Origin: Phoronis australis
Lineage: Eukaryota; Animalia; Phoronida
Length of the DNA stretch: 42,822 nucleotides
Reading direction: 5' to 3'
NCBI GenBank assembly: GCA_002633005.1
Contig: NMRA01000774.1
Location: 1-42,822 of the forward strand
Positions within the stretch are counted from its first letter, which is position 1. Each line of letters begins with the position of its first letter. The notes under the pieces were generated by a model that was given only the letters and a program-made list of their open reading frames with translations, was not told the origin of the DNA and did no database searches. Both the position numbers and the translations under genes were made by a program. Of this stretch, positions 37,041 to 42,822 are shown piece after piece.

Positions 37041-37814
37041 ATGTTAGACCAGGCTCCTACCAGCCACAGCGACCAAGCATCTACGTCTGCACCGCCAGCC
37101 ACTCCACCCCAACCAGGTCAGTTAGTCTCTGAGGTGACATTACTTGATTACGTGGCACCTCCACCAATTCCTAGTGTCTATCCGATAATGGGAGCCCATG
37201 TACCATCTTTAATTCACACAAAAATACATGACGGCGAATACATCGACCTTGGCACCCTCCTCCCAACCTCAGCCATCACATCGCCACAGCAAATGGTGGT
37301 GTTTAAGAACCGCCTCGTGTTACACCAACCACCCAAACCCAAAATAACAACCATTGAGAAATGGACTGACGCCTTTCTCATATTTGCGTCAACATTTATC
37401 GAAGCTCACCCCCACCGAGGACCAGAGCTGCTTAAGTACATGCATGACGTTCGCCTCGGGGCCCAGCGCACCAGAACCGGTTGGATACCTTATGACGAAC
37501 AATACCGCTCCCGCAAAGCTCGTGACCCGGCCACACCATGGCCGGCGATAGATCCGGAGTTGTGGTTGCTATATATGACTGGCCCGACTATCGACACCGC
37601 ACCTCACCCACCTACCAGACACTGCTACGCCTTTAACTTCAAAGGAAATTATACTACATGGCAGTGCAGATACAAGCATACCTGCATGACCTGCGGTGGC
37701 TCCCACCCAAGCCTCACATGTTACAGGGCTACCCAGCAATCCCAGCCAGGGCCTTCCCAGGGTCCATCCAACCAATTTCCAATCCGCCCGCAATCCAACC
37801 CACCCTCACCATAG
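37041..37814 (+). CDS. Gag-like ORF1 of the Ngaro/DIRS element with a C-terminal Cys/His finger
   Basis: IEKWTDAFLIFAS...ELLKYM...GWIPYDEQYR...W..IDPELW and CYAFN...CRYKHTCMTCGGSHPSLTC. Confidence 0.8.
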   Translation: MLDQAPTSHSDQASTSAPPATPPQPGQLVSEVTLLDYVAPPPIPSVYPIMGAHVPSLIHTKIHDGEYIDLGTLLPTSAITSPQQMVVFKNRLVLHQPPKPKITTIEKWTDAFLIFASTFIEAHPHRGPELLKYMHDVRLGAQRTRTGWIPYDEQYRSRKARDPATPWPAIDPELWLLYMTGPTIDTAPHPPTRHCYAFNFKGNYTTWQCRYKHTCMTCGGSHPSLTCYRATQQSQPGPSQGPSNQFPIRPQSNPPSP

Positions 37815-37974
37815 ATTCCCCTCTAAGCCTAGGCAATTGTAAACCCTACCCTACTACATGATTAATTTCCCCTTTCCGTTAAACTTCCAGGATCGCACCA
37901 AGTTATGCTAGTGTTATGTTATTTTAGTATCAAACATACACCCACATCACGAGTATATCTGGAGCCTGGGCCAC

Positions 37975-39013
37975 ACGCCTGTCAAACCGCTGGCGCTAGA
38001 ACGCATTCTGCATGGGTACCCGGATCCCAACCGCGCTTCATTTCTTGTTCAAGGATTCCGAAACGGCTATAGGTTACAATACACAAGCACAAGAAGCCAC
38101 ACCACAGCGAGAAATCTGTTATCAGCGATTTGCCAACCCCAGCAGCTGTGGGACAAACTCATCAAAGAATGTGACCTGGGCCGCATGGCAGGCCCCTTTC
38201 CTACAGGCCCCATCTATAACCTTCGTACATCGCCGCTTGGTCTCCTCTCCAAACCTGACTGGGATTTTCGCATGATCTCCCACCTCTCATATCCAGTAGG
38301 GACCAGTGTTAACGACGGAATTAATCCCGATTACTGCATCGTGCAGAACACAAGCTTTGATAATGTTATAGACATGATCAGCCATGCTGGTTTGGGTGCC
38401 CAGCTAGCAAAAATGGACATTAAGTCCGCCTTCCGACTCCTTCCAATTTACCCCGGTGACTTCGACCTTTTAGGGTACCAACACCAGGGGGTACTACTTC
38501 ATTGACAAATGCCTCCCATTTGGCGCCTCGTTAGCACCTTAACTCTTCGAGACATTCTCAACAGCACTACACTGGGCCGTCGAGGCTCGATCGGGGCACA
38601 AAACATTGGACCACTACCTTGACGACTTCATATTCGTTGGGCCGCCTGGCACAGACATCTGCAAGACACTAATGGCCCACTTCACATCCATCTGTGATGA
38701 AATCGGTGTACCCATTGCCACAGACAAAACAGCTGGTCCTTCCACACAACTCACATTCTTAGGCCTGGACATCGACACTGTTCAGCAACAAATGAGAATA
38801 CCGGACAAGAAACTCATTCAACTCCGCACCACGTTATCAGCCTTAGTCCACAAGAAACGAATAAAACGACGGAAGCTGGAATCTTTAACCGGCATGCGGA
38901 ATTTTTTCTCTAAGGCTGTTCCAGTCGCGCGAGCCTTCATTCGGAGATTCTACGATGCTCTCTGTCCAGGGCCCTTAAGCCCCACCATCACATATCAATG
39001 TCTGACACACTGA
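37975..39013 (+). pseudogene. Reverse transcriptase of the Ngaro/DIRS element, frameshifted
   Basis: TPVKP..FLVQGFRNGY; MAGPF..SPLG..FRMISHLSYP..SVNDGI; KMDIKSAFRLLP; DKCLPFG; HYLDDF; TFLGLDID. Confidence 0.9.
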
Positions 39014-39745
39014 ATTCCGTGTGTGGGCATCAATGCATATGCTTAGTTGGAATTTGATCGATCAAATCGCCGCTAATTGCACACGCCCTCTACACGTATG
39101 CATTATACTTGTGTGGGCTTAGCCACGGGTTCGGGATTGATTTGATTTCGTTTATTTCGATCACTGCCAGTTTTAATAAATTACAACTATTCAAGTCAAA
39201 GGTGGTCGCCATACTACGTATAAGTAAACTGGAAGGAGTGTCCAAGATTGTCAACTAATGGGAATGACTGAATACTATGACGTCGGTGATAGGCAACATT
39301 CCACGGTGCTATCTTTCGTAGCACTGTGAAAGAGTGTACTTGTCAATGAACGAATTTCAACTTAGTCTATACTCTCAACACATTGTTACTTCGGTGAATA
39401 TTTAGCAAATCTTCAGATTATCAAATAGTTTTGCCAAATATTTTAAAAATGAAAAAAAAAACTTATTCCGACTTTTAAGTGCCATAAGTTGATTAGATAA
39501 GATATGTACGGAACCTCGTGGAAAAATAACCCTCAATTGGTTTTCGGTACCCTGGTGTCCTGTCCGATACCCAGGTTTCCTGTTTTAAAGTTAATTTTTG
39601 TGTTTTTCAGGTGGGGGTCACACTTGTATGACATTGTGTTAAAACCGATAGTATGTAAAGGAAAACAAAGCAGTCACTATCTAAGGTCAGATCTTAAGTT
39701 TGTGCAAATATAGGTCAAATCTAATATTTGGAGGAGAATGCTTAC

Positions 39746-39832
39746 AAGAAAAGATTCAGTCCTGACATCATAGAGAGCGCCGATTTTAGCTGTTCGACCA
39801 AGTGCAGCTCTGTTAATAACGGAGAAAGACAT
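39746..39832 (-). CDS. First coding exon (29 aa) of the SNTX-like/GTPase gene
   Basis: MSFSVINRAALGRTAKIGALYDVRTESFL|GTAAG carries the SNTX N-terminal ALGR...G.LYD.R motif. The phase-0 donor at 39745 matches the phase-0 acceptor at 31140. There is an in-frame TAA upstream of the ATG and an upstream acceptor TTCTTTTCAG at 39871. Confidence 0.9.
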
Positions 39833-40049
39833 CTTGGACAGTTAACCATCAACTTTGACATTAGTTCCTCCTGAAAAGAAATTATGTTCACATTTTACAA
39901 CAGTCAACTCATGCGATCTGCCATTTCAGGAGTCTCCCACTCACAGTGGATATATTTGTAAATATCTCCTAAAGACGTAGCTGCGTTCCGAAGAGCAAGA
40001 CTCCAGCAAATTTTCTCAAGATATAACCAAGATTACAACAGCTTTATTC

Positions 40050-40560
40050 ACAAGTTCCGTTATTACTCGTTGAAATAAACATTGACACGAGCAGACGCTG
40101 GGTAGAAATCCGTAAACGCAAGGATCTCATAACACTGCCCAAATTCATGTGAATAAATGGCGAATGTTTCGCGAGAACTGTGTATGGTATATGTAGTTAG
40201 ATTACTGCCATGTCCTGACAAAACGAAGGCACTAACACTAGCTGCAGTACTGGTTGGTCGTTCATTGTAACATTCATCGTGGAAATTCAGGTGCACAATC
40301 TTATCAGTCAAGCTTGGATATACTGAGGAAAATTTTCGCGAGCGTATGTTTTGTTATGTGCGTTTCATCCTAAACGCGTATGGCGTGACGAAGAAATCCA
40401 CCGGAATGCCAACACCGATATTTGAGTATTCGCTGCGCATGTATGAGAACTGTTTGCATTCGTTTGTTCCAGCGTGTGTACTTGTTATACAAATTCCCGT
40501 CATCAAAACTTTTCGCAACTCCGCTTTTTTAAGCCAAATTGCAAAAGAGTCATACTATTA
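40050..40560 (-). pseudogene. Mutator-like (MULE) transposase relic
   Basis: GICITSTHAGTNE...IGVGIPVDFFV resembles 'ICIDSTHGTN...G.G.PVA'. Downstream FHDECYN and RTWQ resemble 'MSDD..YNAW' and 'LCTWH'. Confidence 0.5.
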
Positions 40561-41409
40561 AGAAGCTTTTTGTGAATTTGTGATGATTATAACAGACGTA
40601 AAAGATAAGTAATTCAATTCAAAAGTTATTATTATTGCACATACCTGACTGCATGTAGTTTAAAAATAATCTTCAATTCTCAAAACCGACACTGTTACCA
40701 AAATGCGAAAACAAACCAGCGTGTAATAATATTATCAAAAGGAAATGAACCAGGGACGGTTTAAAATGACGAGTTGAGACTTCCAGGAATAATTTCATTG
40801 ATTTTACCCTATAAAAAATGGTTTTAAAATATGGATCCCTCACACTTGCTGTGGATTATTTAGTCAGGCATCAACCCAAATTCAATAACATCTTTACATG
40901 TTTTAATTAATTGAAGTTTTGGTTCCGCTTTTGATTACTCACTAAAAACACAGAATGCAGTGACATTTATGAAAAATGCGATGAACTTAAAGCTTATATT
41001 CGAAATATTAGATTAAGGTTTTCAAATAGACAAAAAGGGCAATATACAAAGACGTAGCGACATTGTTTTTGTCGAACGAGATATGTAAAACCAAACAATG
41101 TCCGATAAGATCATTTATTGTTGTTTTTCCCTACATGTACATTGTAGTTAAATGGAAAATTGTGGGTGTTGAAAAACTCCATTAAACGTTCCACTTTTTC
41201 TTTGTGTTCGAGCGGGAAATATGGCTATGCTAGTAAAGGTTGTTGTTTGCTCACACGCTGAAGGTCGTATTTTCGTGCCACAAAACTCGACTGACAAACA
41301 TTTTACATGCAGTGTGACAGCTATGGTTGCTCTTTTGTAATTTTCAGTTGGACTGAATTTGCATGGTCCAAACACTACATAAACCATGACAAAATAAATG
41401 AATGTTTAG

Positions 41410-41769
41410 GAACCTCAGTGATTAAATAGACCACTTGATCATAGGCTTCGCACCACAGGGGGTTGGGGGCTGTAGTCTCTATTTTTGTCAGCGCTCCGCT
41501 GCCCATGGTCTATTGGCGGTGCCCCACACGCTAAAGCTCCCCAGCCCCTTACGGTGCGCCTCCCCTGTCAAATCCTAAAAAATCGGGAAATGTTCTAGTA
41601 ATGAACAGTGAAAATTTAGCTCTCAGCCTTATGGGTATCAATATAAAAATGACAACGTTTATTATTTTTTACGAACCCCAGTGATTAAATAAACCACTTG
41701 ATTATGGGCGGCACACCAGATGAGGCTGAAGGTGTATAGCCCCACTTTTTCAGTGCTGCGCCGCCATTG
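41410..41769. repeat. Diverged direct duplication containing a ~68 bp mini inverted-repeat element
   Basis: gaacc.cagtgattaaata.accacttgat at ~41410 and ~41673. Each copy is followed by a CATGGGCGGCGCA...GCGCCGCCCATG-like inverted unit. Confidence 0.6.
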
Positions 41770-42822
41770 TTGATGTGCTTCAACAAAAGTTTGAATTTCC
41801 ACTTCTCACGTTTTGTTCTTGGGTCTTTCGACGGTGTTTGCTTTTGAGCGTGTACAGGGAGAGTGTTATCCGGGGTAGGCTCCGTAAGTTAACGTCTTCC
41901 GCGGATATCAAAACGACAGGAAGGTCGTCCTTTGACGAATATTTCTGAAATGTTTAATGTCGGTAAACTGTGTTATGTAATAAGTGTGCGTGACCGGATT
42001 TTCGGTACAAGCTACATGCATAACACTTTTTTCAGATGTCTCAATATGGCTATAAAGACGTATACTGCTGCGAGGACGTGAAAATCTGACTGTTTATTTC
42101 TTCCTAAAATACAACCAAAGAAGCGATACATTTACTGAACGCAAATCTAAATGTTATGTGCATAACAAATATACACTGTGATATCAATCAAAATAGATTT
42201 GTCATCACGGACATCGTAATTACTAAAATATTTCTTTTACCATATAACAAAATAACGTCAGATATTGAACACATTAACTACACTGTCACAAGTAAACAAG
42301 TAAACAAACACACACAAATCAAACAAAGGGTTATAAATGAGATTGCTAAGCAATTAAGAGTGCAGTACACTTCAGACCAGGCCGGCAAAAATCCATGCAG
42401 GTGTGATAAACCCTATGCGACGGATTTGGATCATATTATGCATTTTTGTTTACTTTCTTATGGTAATTACTAAAATGCACTTTAAACAAATTCTATCGCG
42501 TTAGGTTGCTTAAAAGTCGGGTACCTCAGTTTTCACTGAAAACCACTATCAGAACTTACCCCAATAATCACAGTTTTTGTGACATTGAAAGTAATTACAG
42601 AAGCTACTAGAAAATGAAATAGCTACTGTTTTGTATAAGGTCATCCATTGTCTTCCTAAAAATGAAAAATAAAAGTGTCAAGTTGCCCCTTAAATTCCAC
42701 ATTTTGGGGTTTGAAGGGTCATGGGGTCATACAAGCAGAAAACATGGATAACTTGCCCAGGTTTGAATGAGTCAATCTCAGCTGAAGCCAAATTTTACAC
42801 TTTGAAACTTAATCGTGGGTTT

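Larger units (their letters stand above)
36510..39013 (+). mobile_element. 3'-truncated DIRS-superfamily (Ngaro-like) retrotransposon, antisense inside the host intron
   Basis: Gag-like ORF followed by a frameshifted RT. RNase H and tyrosine recombinase are absent. The 5' boundary is approximate. Confidence 0.85.

Overview
This is AT-rich, repeat-dense genomic DNA from a eukaryote, most likely an invertebrate animal. I can support only one intact gene, on the minus strand. It has a short first coding exon (39832-39746, absent from the ORF track), an 8.6 kb intron and a 3.5 kb exon (31139-27591), giving about 1211 aa. The protein joins a stonustoxin-like (SNTX, MACPF/CDC-type) pore-forming N-terminus to a Cys-rich module, an AIG1/septin-like P-loop GTPase, a second Cys-rich module and a coiled coil. 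This candidate GTPase-coupled pore-forming effector is the most interesting object in the window. The rest is layered transposon debris. It includes a 5.2 kb TA-flanked TIR element carrying two diverged gene-like paralogs, and four Penelope relics, three ending in decayed hammerhead cores. A TTAA-flanked Sola3 element splits one Penelope RT and carries a kinase-like relic. There are also a Kolobok derivative (KolX plus THAP stub), a truncated Ngaro/DIRS element, LINE 3' ends, a MULE relic and several MITEs. All assignments come from manual motif recognition; no database search was run.
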